This document shows, one piece after another, positions 1 through 6,929 of a DNA stretch of 64,000 bases (position 1 is the first letter of the stretch; each line of letters opens with the position of its first letter). Both the position numbers and the translations under genes were made by a program. The notes beneath the pieces were generated by a model, which worked only from the letters and a program-made list of their open reading frames with translations, made no database searches and was not told the origin of the DNA. Location of the stretch: IMG/VR virus record IMGVR_UViG_3300002835_000018, one strand, 5' to 3'. This DNA comes from a virus.

Positions 1-58
1 CTTTCCAACCGTTGATGATTTTGCTCTTGGGATAAGTCTTTTTGTTAGCAATCTTCAT
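1..58 (-). CDS. Partial early ORF running off the window edge (MKIANKKTYPKSKIINGWK...)
   Basis: GGAG RBS and ATG lie downstream of the promoter at 127-154; the frame is open to position 1. Confidence 0.55.
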   Translation of the reverse strand, partial: MKIANKKTYPKSKIINGWK

Positions 59-126
59 TGTCATACTCCATAGGGTAAAACCTTAATAATCCTCGGGAAA
101 AACTAACATTTGTTGTCCTGTGTAAC

Positions 127-154
127 TATTCGGGTATGTGCCATGATTATTTAG
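127..154 (-). promoter_or_regulatory. Early promoter copy 1 (TAAAT-N16-CGAATA)
   Basis: Plus strand TATTCG-16 nt-ATTTAG; one of 20 equally spaced, co-oriented copies. Confidence 0.85.
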
Positions 155-385
155 CCAAAAAAAGAAAATTCTTTCGCTAAATCTTTTGGGTGGTTGTGCG
201 AATGATTAAGTAGAAGCGTGAGGGATACGCAGTAAACCCGATCTGATGCAAGGGCTGAAGGTGTTATGAGTGCGGTACGACTATTTAAAAAAAGTAGTGT
301 GTAGCCAATACTCTGGCGAACCCGCTTGATGTTGGTAAGACAAGCAGGGAGATCATTTCTCAAGTCGCATCGTATTTCTTATACT
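155..385 (-). ncRNA. Putative structured ncRNA with its own promoter
   Basis: Lies behind promoter copy 2 with no RBS. It has several hairpins, one with a UCUUACCA loop and one with an AUCCCUC loop, and ends in a U-tract. Confidence 0.45.
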
Positions 386-389
386 ATCT

Positions 390-417
390 TATTCGTTTGA
401 CTGGCCGAATTATTTAG
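390..417 (-). promoter_or_regulatory. Early promoter copy 2
   Basis: TATTCG-16 nt-ATTTAG. Confidence 0.85.
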
Positions 418-419
418 GA

Positions 420-458
420 AGAAAATAAAAAAAACGCAGGATGCGGTGAAAGGGATTC
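420..458 (-). terminator. Intrinsic terminator after the DUF932-like gene
   Basis: Minus strand GCAGGGUGCGG-loop-CCGCAUCCUGC followed by GUUUUUUUU. Confidence 0.75.
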
Positions 459-558
459 CGCACCCTGCTGATGCTACTGGATAAGAGGTCGAAACCCAGT
501 AGCGTGATTTAGTAGAGGGGATAAGCTGCCCAGTTCCTACCCCCCCTTACAAACCATC

Positions 559-1692
559 TTAGGCGAACATAAGTTCTTTACCTAAGATAGAGTGTACATC
601 TTTGGTTGTCAAGGCGTTTGCCTTATTTCTCAACCCAATAAACTCATCTTCTGAGTAGCTTGCCAAAGCACCACCTACTTCGTTAAGCTTTTCCCAAGAT
701 GCTTCGCCCATGCGTTGACTTCCTCTTGTAAGGCTATTAACCATACCGAACAAAGTCTTGGCGTAGAATGGAGTCTCTTGGCGTTCAATATCCCAACCGC
801 CTTGAACAGCATCAATCTCATTCTTGCTAAACTTATAGGTTTGAGCTACAGAGGCAAACAGAGGGGTCATACTTGCACCTTCTCCGAATACCATCTTCTT
901 CGTACCTAATAGCTTATCAATCATCACAGGGATAGACTGAATGTGTTTGGCAATGCAAGACTGAATTTGATTAGCCAAGTGGCCAAGATCAACCTTGCCA
1001 CGATGCACTACACTTACATCGTCATGCCTTACCCAACCAATCATGCCATTAGAACAAATAGTCCTAAAGACTCCAGCAGAGATATCAAGCCTGTGAGTAC
1101 CAATCTCAGAGTTCTTGATCTTGATTAGACCACCGTAGTCGCTATCATCGTCAGAGCGAAGACTAGCAGGAAGAACTACGCTGAAGTTAATAAAATCATC
1201 GCCAGACTTATCACAAGCCACCGCCTGACCGCATTCTTGTGGCAAGAATTGCTTGGTTTGATCCAAGACCCAATTGTTATCGATGACTGCGTAACGATCA
1301 CTAAGGAACGCCCTGCAACTATCATCTTGATCATTGAATCTGAAAAGCATTTCCTTGCCGAAGTCTTCTTGGAAGGAGATATCTACCAAGTCTTTAAGAA
1401 TAGCTTGGTGCTTGACATTGTTGGAGTTATACAACTTGTTCAAGGTGAAACTACCCCACTTAGTCTTCGAAGCTAATTGACTAAGAAAGTGCTTGGTAGG
1501 TTTGTATAGCTTATTAGCTTGCCTATCCAAGATGTGGAACTTCTCATCTGCGATAACCGCTTTGACTTGAGGTTCCGCACCATTAACGGTGCAGAGTGCA
1601 TCGTGATAGTGGTTCTTGTTTTCGTTATAGCGATTAATAACGCCAGCATACGCACCACCAGTAAAGCCACGGACAGATTTAACAGCATTCAT
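559..1692 (-). CDS. DUF932/DUF945-like protein
   Basis: 377 aa with NSEIG...AGVFRTICSNGMI, resembling the NS..G...G.FR.VC.NG signature; AGGAG RBS. Confidence 0.7.
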   Translation of the reverse strand: MNAVKSVRGFTGGAYAGVINRYNENKNHYHDALCTVNGAEPQVKAVIADEKFHILDRQANKLYKPTKHFLSQLASKTKWGSFTLNKLYNSNNVKHQAILKDLVDISFQEDFGKEMLFRFNDQDDSCRAFLSDRYAVIDNNWVLDQTKQFLPQECGQAVACDKSGDDFINFSVVLPASLRSDDDSDYGGLIKIKNSEIGTHRLDISAGVFRTICSNGMIGWVRHDDVSVVHRGKVDLGHLANQIQSCIAKHIQSIPVMIDKLLGTKKMVFGEGASMTPLFASVAQTYKFSKNEIDAVQGGWDIERQETPFYAKTLFGMVNSLTRGSQRMGEASWEKLNEVGGALASYSEDEFIGLRNKANALTTKDVHSILGKELMFA

Positions 1693-1751
1693 TAGAAACT
1701 CCTTGTGACTGTGTCACTATAGTAAAAAAATTAAAACCCCTTACATTACTT

Positions 1752-1779
1752 CATTCGTACAACTACAACTTTTATTTAG
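1752..1779 (-). promoter_or_regulatory. Early promoter copy 3
   Basis: CATTCG-16 nt-ATTTAG; its -35 box contains the TAA stop of the upstream ORF. Confidence 0.8.
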
Positions 1780-1976
1780 GAACATTTAAGAAATCTTGGT
1801 TCTTTAGTTACAAGATTGCCATTCTTCCAAGTCTTGCCCATAGGCACTACTTGCCATTCTTGGCCATCTACTGTAAATGTACCGCCAAAGATTGACCATG
1901 CCCCCTCATCTTTGCTTTCTTGCCAAAGCTTTAACAGCTTAACTTTAGTATCTTCGCTCATGTTAGTTGTCTCCAT
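1776..1976 (-). CDS. Hypothetical protein
   Basis: 66-aa ORF overlapping the end of the upstream gene; stop falls in the next -35 box. Confidence 0.7.
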   Translation of the reverse strand: METTNMSEDTKVKLLKLWQESKDEGAWSIFGGTFTVDGQEWQVVPMGKTWKNGNLVTKEPRFLKCS

Positions 1977-2310
1977 AGTTATCCCCCCAAGTTACATAAC
2001 CATCGTTCTTTAACATTTGGAAGACTTCAGCATAATGGTAGTTGTGCCAATTGAAATCCATATCGCCACAAGCTTCAATATACTCTTCGTAAAGTTCGGT
2101 CATATCTATATGATCATATACTGAATCATAGATAGTACCCTTAAGAGCGACATTATCGCTATCAATTTTGCGAAGTGTCTCCAAACCGTACTTTCTCTCA
2201 AGTCTCTGCCCGAAGTGAACAGCAAGGCACTCTAAATCGCCCTCCTGTGGTTTTTCGTATGGCTTATCCTTGACCTCTGGTAAACACCCTAACTTATCAT
2301 TGCTCTTCAT
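1963..2310 (-). CDS. Hypothetical acidic protein (start revised to MKSNDK)
   Basis: The track start (2352) lies inside promoter copy 4; a GAGAGG RBS precedes the ATG at 2310. Confidence 0.75.
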   Translation of the reverse strand: MKSNDKLGCLPEVKDKPYEKPQEGDLECLAVHFGQRLERKYGLETLRKIDSDNVALKGTIYDSVYDHIDMTELYEEYIEACGDMDFNWHNYHYAEVFQMLKNDGYVTWGDNYGDN

Positions 2311-2333
2311 ATCGACCTCTCTTTCTATATACT

Positions 2334-2361
2334 TATTCGTTTCACACCCCAAAAGATTTAC
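2334..2361 (-). promoter_or_regulatory. Early promoter copy 4
   Basis: TATTCG-16 nt-ATTTAC. Confidence 0.85.
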
Positions 2362-2628
2362 CTATTTTGTAAAAATAAATAAAGCATCGTCACCTATCCA
2401 ACTACCAATCATATCCCCTTCCCATTTTAACTTTTCTGCAAACTGGCGAGCAGCAGCAGCAAAGTTTTCCTTATATTCCAACTCGTAATCCCAACCAATG
2501 GTCAGGTTAGGTTGACGATTTTGCATTTTACCGTTACCCAGTCTACACTTAAGGCGTTTGCCCTTTGTGTCGGTAATAGGTAGAACTTTCACAAAAATCG
2601 TAGCACCACCAACAAATTTAATAGTCAT
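2362..2628 (-). CDS. Hypothetical protein (start revised to MTIKFV)
   Basis: AAGGAGA RBS; the TAG stop abuts the next -35 box. Confidence 0.75.
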   Translation of the reverse strand: MTIKFVGGATIFVKVLPITDTKGKRLKCRLGNGKMQNRQPNLTIGWDYELEYKENFAAAARQFAEKLKWEGDMIGSWIGDDALFIFTK

Positions 2629-2649
2629 AACATTCTCCTTGTATATAGT

Positions 2650-2677
2650 TATTCGTTTCACACACCAAATTATTTAC
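2650..2677 (-). promoter_or_regulatory. Early promoter copy 5
   Basis: TATTCG-16 nt-ATTTAC; contains the upstream stop codon. Confidence 0.85.
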
Positions 2678-2814
2678 CGAAATCCAAACTTTTCTTTTAA
2701 TTCTTTGTACAGTAGATCGTACTCATCTTGCCTCATTAGGCTTGTTGCAAACAGTTTGTCCAGCCTATCAACTGCTCGCTCGAACTGGATTTCATTTCTT
2801 TCTTGCTCACTCAT
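2674..2814 (-). CDS. Small hypothetical protein, 46 aa (MSEQERNEIQFERAVDRLDK...), not in the ORF track
   Basis: Hand-translated; AAAGGGG RBS, own promoter, stop inside the next -35 box. Confidence 0.7.
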   Translation of the reverse strand: MSEQERNEIQFERAVDRLDKLFATSLMRQDEYDLLYKELKEKFGFR

Positions 2815-2856
2815 TTCTTTCCCCTTTGTTTATGTTACTTACTTCCCATGTATTTC

Positions 2857-2884
2857 TATTCGTATGAGTATGCTTTTTATTTAA
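2857..2884 (-). promoter_or_regulatory. Early promoter copy 6
   Basis: TATTCG-16 nt-ATTTAA. Confidence 0.85.
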
Positions 2885-2919
2885 TGGAATATGAAAAGAT
2901 TTTTAGTATTACCAAGTAT

Positions 2920-3042
2920 AACCAAAAAAGCAATGTGCGTTCCGCATCCCCGATCCCTCTCCCGATTCCAGAGAGGCGGGTTGTTTTATATCGGCCCTCC
3001 CGATTGTTTCAGATTTTTGATTCTTCCTCTCCTTTCTATATT
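2920..3042 (-). ncRNA. Putative G-rich sRNA, family A copy 1
   Basis: Behind promoter copy 7, with no start codon after the SD-like 5' end, 8 GGA motifs, hairpins and a U-tract; homologous to 5075-5188 and 6690-6765. Confidence 0.55.
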
Positions 3043-3046
3043 TATC

Positions 3047-3074
3047 TATTCGTGCGAGTGGGTTAATTATTTAG
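3047..3074 (-). promoter_or_regulatory. Early promoter copy 7
   Basis: TATTCG-16 nt-ATTTAG. Confidence 0.85.
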
Positions 3075-3107
3075 CCAAAATAAAAAAATATTTTAAATTT
3101 ATTTTAT

Positions 3108-3178
3108 AAGTCCAGCCCCCGCCCATCCCCGCTTTTTTAGCAGGAGGATTTTTAGGTTAATCCCCAACCTCTCTGTAT
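3108..3178 (-). ncRNA. Putative G-rich sRNA, family A copy 2 (short)
   Basis: Behind promoter copy 8; AGGUU-GGGGAUU-AACCU hairpin; shares GGGGAUG and CUGGACU with the other copies; no ORF. Confidence 0.45.
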
Positions 3179-3181
3179 ATC

Positions 3182-3209
3182 TATTCGTTTAAGATGCCAA
3201 ATTATTTAG
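3182..3209 (-). promoter_or_regulatory. Early promoter copy 8
   Basis: TATTCG-16 nt-ATTTAG. Confidence 0.85.
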
Positions 3210-3329
3210 AAAAATTTTTAAAATAAATGGTATAACAAAGTATAATTTTTGATTTTGATAGTGTTGATAATACACTTTTTGTTCATTGGAAAAGTGTGAA
3301 ACCAATTTCGAAATCTCTGAAGAATTCTC

Positions 3330-3359
3330 TTGACAGGTTTTTAACCCCATGTGTAAAAT
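3330..3359 (+). promoter_or_regulatory. Possible sigma70-type promoter, antisense to the early array
   Basis: TTGACA-18 nt-TAAAAT. Confidence 0.35.
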
Positions 3360-3474
3360 CGTCTTGCAGGGGGATATGTTTAACACATTTTAAAATCCTA
3401 TCTTATCTCCAAATAGGTTAAATACTATCTGCATTTGATAGAGTTCATAATTTGAGCAGAGAAATACATAAAGA

Positions 3475-3669
3475 CTAATCATTGTAACTTTCCTCCAAAG
3501 TAAAAAATTCTGGTACTGGTTCAAGTTCATGCTTACCAAAGTGGAGTTTAATCCACAATTCTTTGATGTCTGATTCTTTATAGAATGGGCCATCTTGTTT
3601 ATCTAAGCTTAGTATGATCAAAGCATGTTCAATCAATCGTTTTTCTTCTTTGGTTACATTAATAAGCAT
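3475..3669 (-). CDS. Hypothetical protein
   Basis: 64 aa; GGGAGG RBS; start overlaps the upstream stop. Confidence 0.7.
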   Translation of the reverse strand: MLINVTKEEKRLIEHALIILSLDKQDGPFYKESDIKELWIKLHFGKHELEPVPEFFTLEESYND

Positions 3670-3821
3670 TACATTACCTCCCTGCTAAGTTTTAGTTTTT
3701 CGCCCTGTCTACCACCTTTGGGAGACTTCTTCTTGCTCTTGAATACCACCATGCCCCTTGGAGTTTCCCCTCTGCGTTCAAAGGGGGTGTTTACCAATAC
3801 AAATCTGATAGTCCTGCTCAT
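3669..3821 (-). CDS. Small basic protein, 50 aa (MSRTIRFVLVNTPFERRGETPRGMVVFKSKKKSPKGGRQGEKLKLSREVM), not in the track
   Basis: Hand-translated; AAGGAGA RBS behind promoter copy 9. Confidence 0.7.
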   Translation of the reverse strand: MSRTIRFVLVNTPFERRGETPRGMVVFKSKKKSPKGGRQGEKLKLSREVM

Positions 3822-3844
3822 GTTACATTCTCCTTGTAAAGTTC

Positions 3845-3872
3845 TATTCGTTTAACCACACATTTAATTTAG
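3845..3872 (-). promoter_or_regulatory. Early promoter copy 9
   Basis: TATTCG-16 nt-ATTTAG; contains the upstream stop codon. Confidence 0.85.
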
Positions 3873-4210
3873 CGATCATACCTACTTGGTTTACGCATAG
3901 CATTGCCATTCTCATGAATGAAGTCATCGATACCTAACGCCTCTTCATTCTCCAACTCTCTTGCCTCAAGCATTTGGTGTAGTGCTTGGCAACCGTCTAA
4001 GATTCTGCAATGCAAATACTCAGGATATTTGCCATCTACTGTTTGTATCCAACCATGATCAAACTCTTCTTCGAAGCTGGTTACAACAAAGGTATTAGAC
4101 TTTGGGTTGTAGTTTACTCCGATTATGTAAGCATGGCCGTTGTTCAAGACTTCTGGCATATGCTTAAGAAACTCTGCGTACTCATGACATTCTAAAATCA
4201 AATCGTTCAT
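3869..4210 (-). CDS. Hypothetical protein
   Basis: 113 aa; AAAGGGG RBS. Confidence 0.75.
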   Translation of the reverse strand: MNDLILECHEYAEFLKHMPEVLNNGHAYIIGVNYNPKSNTFVVTSFEEEFDHGWIQTVDGKYPEYLHCRILDGCQALHQMLEARELENEEALGIDDFIHENGNAMRKPSRYDR

Positions 4211-4234
4211 AGCTAACCCCTTTCAAGGATTGTG

Positions 4235-4390
4235 TTACTCTTCGCCTTCCCAACCGTGACGATCCCAACCACCACAATTTTCGTTATCGTCATCATCTTC
4301 GGTATCATCGATTTCGCATCGCTCATCGTAGTTACCATCGAAACAATCTTCGAAAGACTCAAATTCCCACTCATCGTTAGTCCAGTCCAT
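4235..4390 (-). CDS. Very acidic 51-aa protein (MDWTNDEWEFESFEDCFDG...), not in the track
   Basis: Hand-translated; AAGGAG RBS behind promoter copy 10; 23 of 51 residues are D/E. Confidence 0.7.
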   Translation of the reverse strand: MDWTNDEWEFESFEDCFDGNYDERCEIDDTEDDDDNENCGGWDRHGWEGEE

Positions 4391-4426
4391 TTCCATCTCC
4401 TTGGTTAGTGTTACTTACTACTTACT

Positions 4427-4454
4427 TATTCGTATGACTATACTTTTTATTTAG
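4427..4454 (-). promoter_or_regulatory. Early promoter copy 10
   Basis: TATTCG-16 nt-ATTTAG. Confidence 0.85.
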
Positions 4455-4471
4455 AAAAATCTTTTTTATTT

Positions 4472-4669
4472 TTACCACCCTTGGCACTCTTCAGATCGAT
4501 CTTGAATGATCTTGCAATACTGTTGAGCTTCCTCAAGTGTCTTGAACTCTTCTTTAATCTCATCAAGTGTCATCGTTTCAACAATCCAATGACCACCCTC
4601 ATCATAATTATCCTTTGCCCAATTTAATATTTGTCTAGGTACTACCAATCTTTCATCAGGTATCCACAT
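4472..4669 (-). CDS. Hypothetical protein
   Basis: 65 aa; AAGGA RBS; own promoter. Confidence 0.75.
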   Translation of the reverse strand: MWIPDERLVVPRQILNWAKDNYDEGGHWIVETMTLDEIKEEFKTLEEAQQYCKIIQDRSEECQGW

Positions 4670-4709
4670 GGCACTTTTCCTTTTTGTTGGTGTTATCTTC
4701 CTGTAATCC

Positions 4710-4737
4710 TATTCGTACAACTATACTTTTTATTTAG
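4710..4737 (-). promoter_or_regulatory. Early promoter copy 11
   Basis: TATTCG-16 nt-ATTTAG; contains the upstream stop codon. Confidence 0.85.
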
Positions 4738-4952
4738 CTAACTTTTCGAGCAAATAAACTTTTCTCATCTCCGTTATTCGCCCAATCTGTTAAAACCCCT
4801 AAAGCACCAATCGAATCTAAGGCACTTCGAAGATGTCCAAAATAAATCTTAGCATCCTCAGTTCTTTGCCAATCCTCAGCTAGATAAGTATCAGCTAGAT
4901 TAGCTTGCTTAACCAATGTCATCAAAGTGTTTACTGTTGTTTCATAATCCAT
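4734..4952 (-). CDS. Hypothetical protein
   Basis: 72 aa; RBS; own promoter. Confidence 0.75.
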   Translation of the reverse strand: MDYETTVNTLMTLVKQANLADTYLAEDWQRTEDAKIYFGHLRSALDSIGALGVLTDWANNGDEKSLFARKVS

Positions 4953-5000
4953 TTTTCCATCCCCTTTGTTTTAGTTATCGTTACTGCTTCCGTACTATTC

Positions 5001-5028
5001 TATTCGTACAAGTAAGCTTTTTATTTAG
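5001..5028 (-). promoter_or_regulatory. Early promoter copy 12
   Basis: TATTCG-16 nt-ATTTAG. Confidence 0.85.
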
Positions 5029-5074
5029 TGAAATATAAAAATATTTTAGTAAAATTTTATTATACCAAATTAAA

Positions 5075-5188
5075 TCAGTCCAGGCTCCCCCCATCCCCCC
5101 TGGATTTTTTCCCAGATGGCAAGCTTATTTTTTATCGGCCCTTCCCGATTTTTTCAGATTTTTGTTTGTTTCCCTCCTTTCTATATAT
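5075..5188 (-). ncRNA. Putative G-rich sRNA, family A copy 3
   Basis: The 5' ~60 nt are nearly collinear with 2985-3042 (UAUAGAAAGGAG...CAAAAAUCUGAAA.AAUCGGGA.GGGCCGAUA); 7 GGA motifs; no ORF. Confidence 0.55.
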
Positions 5189-5191
5189 TTA

Positions 5192-5219
5192 TATTCGTGC
5201 AGGGCAGGCAATTATTTAG
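5192..5219 (-). promoter_or_regulatory. Early promoter copy 13
   Basis: TATTCG-16 nt-ATTTAG. Confidence 0.85.
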
Positions 5220-5239
5220 CAGAATTTTAAAAATATTTT

Positions 5240-5430
5240 AAAAAGATAATAGGATAAGAATATCCATTTTTGAATTTATTGGTAGTGGTAAGACATACAA
5301 TCTGGGCATACCGCAGCGAACCTCAGTGGTCTTGGTAAGACACCCTGAGCTTTTTTAAAAAGTCTGCTTTTTTCGTTTTCGGTATCTCACCGTGGTTTGC
5401 ACCTAAAAGCAGAAAACATACCGATCATTT
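5240..5430 (-). ncRNA. Structured element (family B) with a multi-stem junction or pseudoknot
   Basis: Two UGUCUUACCA motifs, a 9-bp stem, a GCAA tetraloop hairpin, a 7-bp crossing pairing and the conserved GGAUA/UAUCC end. Confidence 0.45.
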
Positions 5431-5461
5431 TAACTTAATACATTTTGTTTACCTCTTGTTG

Positions 5462-5707
5462 TTATATATAGTTATTCGTACTAGGGCAGTTATTATTTAG
5501 GTAATAGTTCCAAGTTTTTACAAAATCTGTATGCAAGTATCTAAAACATGTTTGGGCAATGTTTCGGTATCCTGCAATTTTTGCAACAACCTTGATTCTT
5601 TTCATATCGCATACCTTGCAATATTCTTTATTGAACACATTACCATCATCATCGGTATCTTGCCCTAGCCTATGCCATTTATTGTGATTACAATTCTTCA
5701 CTATCAT
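5462..5707 (-). CDS. Small CxH...CxxC (putative Zn-binding) protein
   Basis: AGGAGG RBS before MIVKNCNH; YCKVCD motif. Confidence 0.6.
   Translation of the reverse strand: MIVKNCNHNKWHRLGQDTDDDGNVFNKEYCKVCDMKRIKVVAKIAGYRNIAQTCFRYLHTDFVKTWNYYLNNNCPSTNNYI
5473..5500 (-). promoter_or_regulatory. Early promoter copy 14
   Basis: TATTCG-16 nt-ATTTAG, inside the 3' end of the upstream ORF. Confidence 0.8.
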
Positions 5708-5849
5708 CATCATCCTCCTGTTCAATGTCGTATTCTTTCCAAGAATCATTTTGCGAATCTTTCCACGCCCCAAACAAACTTGATTTATATTCAATTACTT
5801 TTTGCTCAAAAGTTAGTTCGGGATAAAACCAAGTATAGTATGAACACAT
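5688..5849 (-). CDS. 53-aa protein with an acidic tail (MCSYYTWFYPELTFEQKV...EQEDDDDSEEL), not in the track
   Basis: Hand-translated; AAGGGGG RBS directly after the gp88-like stop. Confidence 0.6.
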   Translation of the reverse strand: MCSYYTWFYPELTFEQKVIEYKSSLFGAWKDSQNDSWKEYDIEQEDDDDSEEL

Positions 5850-5861
5850 TTTACTTCCCCC

Positions 5862-6563
5862 TTAGTGGTATATGTATGCTACATTTTTGTAATCTTTATC
5901 CCAACACTTGCGACAATCGTCACAATTAACTTTAGCTTCACCGTTGAATGATCTTAAGCTTGCAGGGCAAACATTCTCATGTCGAATATCTGCATTAACT
6001 GGTGTGCTTATTACTGTACTAGTTGGCAAGCCTAGTCCACTACTTGGAACTTGATCTACCATAAACATACTTGCACGAACAATAAGGTTAGCAGGAAATT
6101 CACCGTATAGAGATTGATACTCACGAATCATGCCATGTTCTTTACTGGGTAGCCAGAACTTGATTTCTGGTACTGCTTTAGCTATGTTAGCTATTGCAAG
6201 CAGCATATCTACCGATTGTAAATCCCCACTAGTGAACCATCGAAAATATCTTTTCTCTTGCTTAAGTCTCTTAAGCTTACCTTGGAAGTATTCGATAAAA
6301 GAATCTTGCCAGTCTTGTAAACTTCCCCCTATTTGTTCCATTCTTGCTAGATCGGCTTTTTTCTTACTGCCGAAGATATATCTACCCTTAAGGGCATAAC
6401 AACCGTTACAGATACTACCTTTAACCTTTACTAACTTACTGCCTGTTTGACATAGCCATGCAGGTAAGTCCCAACTTTCCCAAGGCATTTTTTCCGTTTG
6501 CGAAGTCTTGATCGTTATCCTATTTGGTTTAACATCGTCAATCGTTTGCAATTCCATTCTCAT
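5862..6563 (-). CDS. gp88-like (phage gene product 88 family, radical-SAM-related) protein
   Basis: LPAWLC...SICNGCYA, YFRWFTSGD, WLPSKE and a C-terminal CPA...CDDCRKCW; start revised to MRMELQ (AAGGA RBS). Confidence 0.7.
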   Translation of the reverse strand: MRMELQTIDDVKPNRITIKTSQTEKMPWESWDLPAWLCQTGSKLVKVKGSICNGCYALKGRYIFGSKKKADLARMEQIGGSLQDWQDSFIEYFQGKLKRLKQEKRYFRWFTSGDLQSVDMLLAIANIAKAVPEIKFWLPSKEHGMIREYQSLYGEFPANLIVRASMFMVDQVPSSGLGLPTSTVISTPVNADIRHENVCPASLRSFNGEAKVNCDDCRKCWDKDYKNVAYIYH

Positions 6564-6606
6564 CTTACTTTCCTTTTCCTTAGTGTTAGTTATCCTCATG
6601 CTATCT

Positions 6607-6634
6607 TATTCGTTTAACTATGATTTTTATTTAA
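6607..6634 (-). promoter_or_regulatory. Early promoter copy 15
   Basis: TATTCG-16 nt-ATTTAA. Confidence 0.85.
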
Positions 6635-6689
6635 TAGAATATAGAATTATTTTAAATATATTTTGTTATACTATGTTATATCCATAAAG

Positions 6690-6765
6690 CTATAGGCGTT
6701 CCGCATCCCCTATTCCATACTCATTTGCATGGCGGGTTAAGCATTACCCTCAAGCTTCCTTATAT
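6690..6765 (-). ncRNA. Putative G-rich sRNA, family A copy 4
   Basis: Shares AACCCGCC and GGGGAUGCGGAACGC exactly with copy 1; own promoter; no ORF. Confidence 0.5.
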
Positions 6766-6770
6766 TATAT

Positions 6771-6798
6771 TATTCGTTTATGTACCGATTTTATTTAG
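6771..6798 (-). promoter_or_regulatory. Early promoter copy 16
   Basis: TATTCG-16 nt-ATTTAG. Confidence 0.85.
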
Positions 6799-6866
6799 TA
6801 GAATTTTAAAAATAATTTAAAAAGATAATTGGATAAACATGTCCTATTTCGAACTTGTTAATATGG

Positions 6867-6921
6867 GTAATACTTCGTATTACTTTTCAAGCTTGACAGC
6901 TTAGGTAATACTCCGTATTAC
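6867..6921. repeat. Two perfect palindromes GTAATAC-N3-GTATTAC, 38 nt apart
   Basis: Located at 6867-6883 and 6905-6921, each followed by a T-run on the plus strand. Confidence 0.85.
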
Positions 6922-6929
6922 TTTTTTTT

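Noticed and set aside
300-345. tRNA suggested by GGUUCG (also near 5320)
   Set aside because: No cloverleaf, D-arm or acceptor stem can be built.
151-363. 70-aa ORF in the track
   Set aside because: It has a TTG start with no RBS, and the region is better explained as structured RNA. Its stop does fall in a -35 box, so it is not fully excluded.
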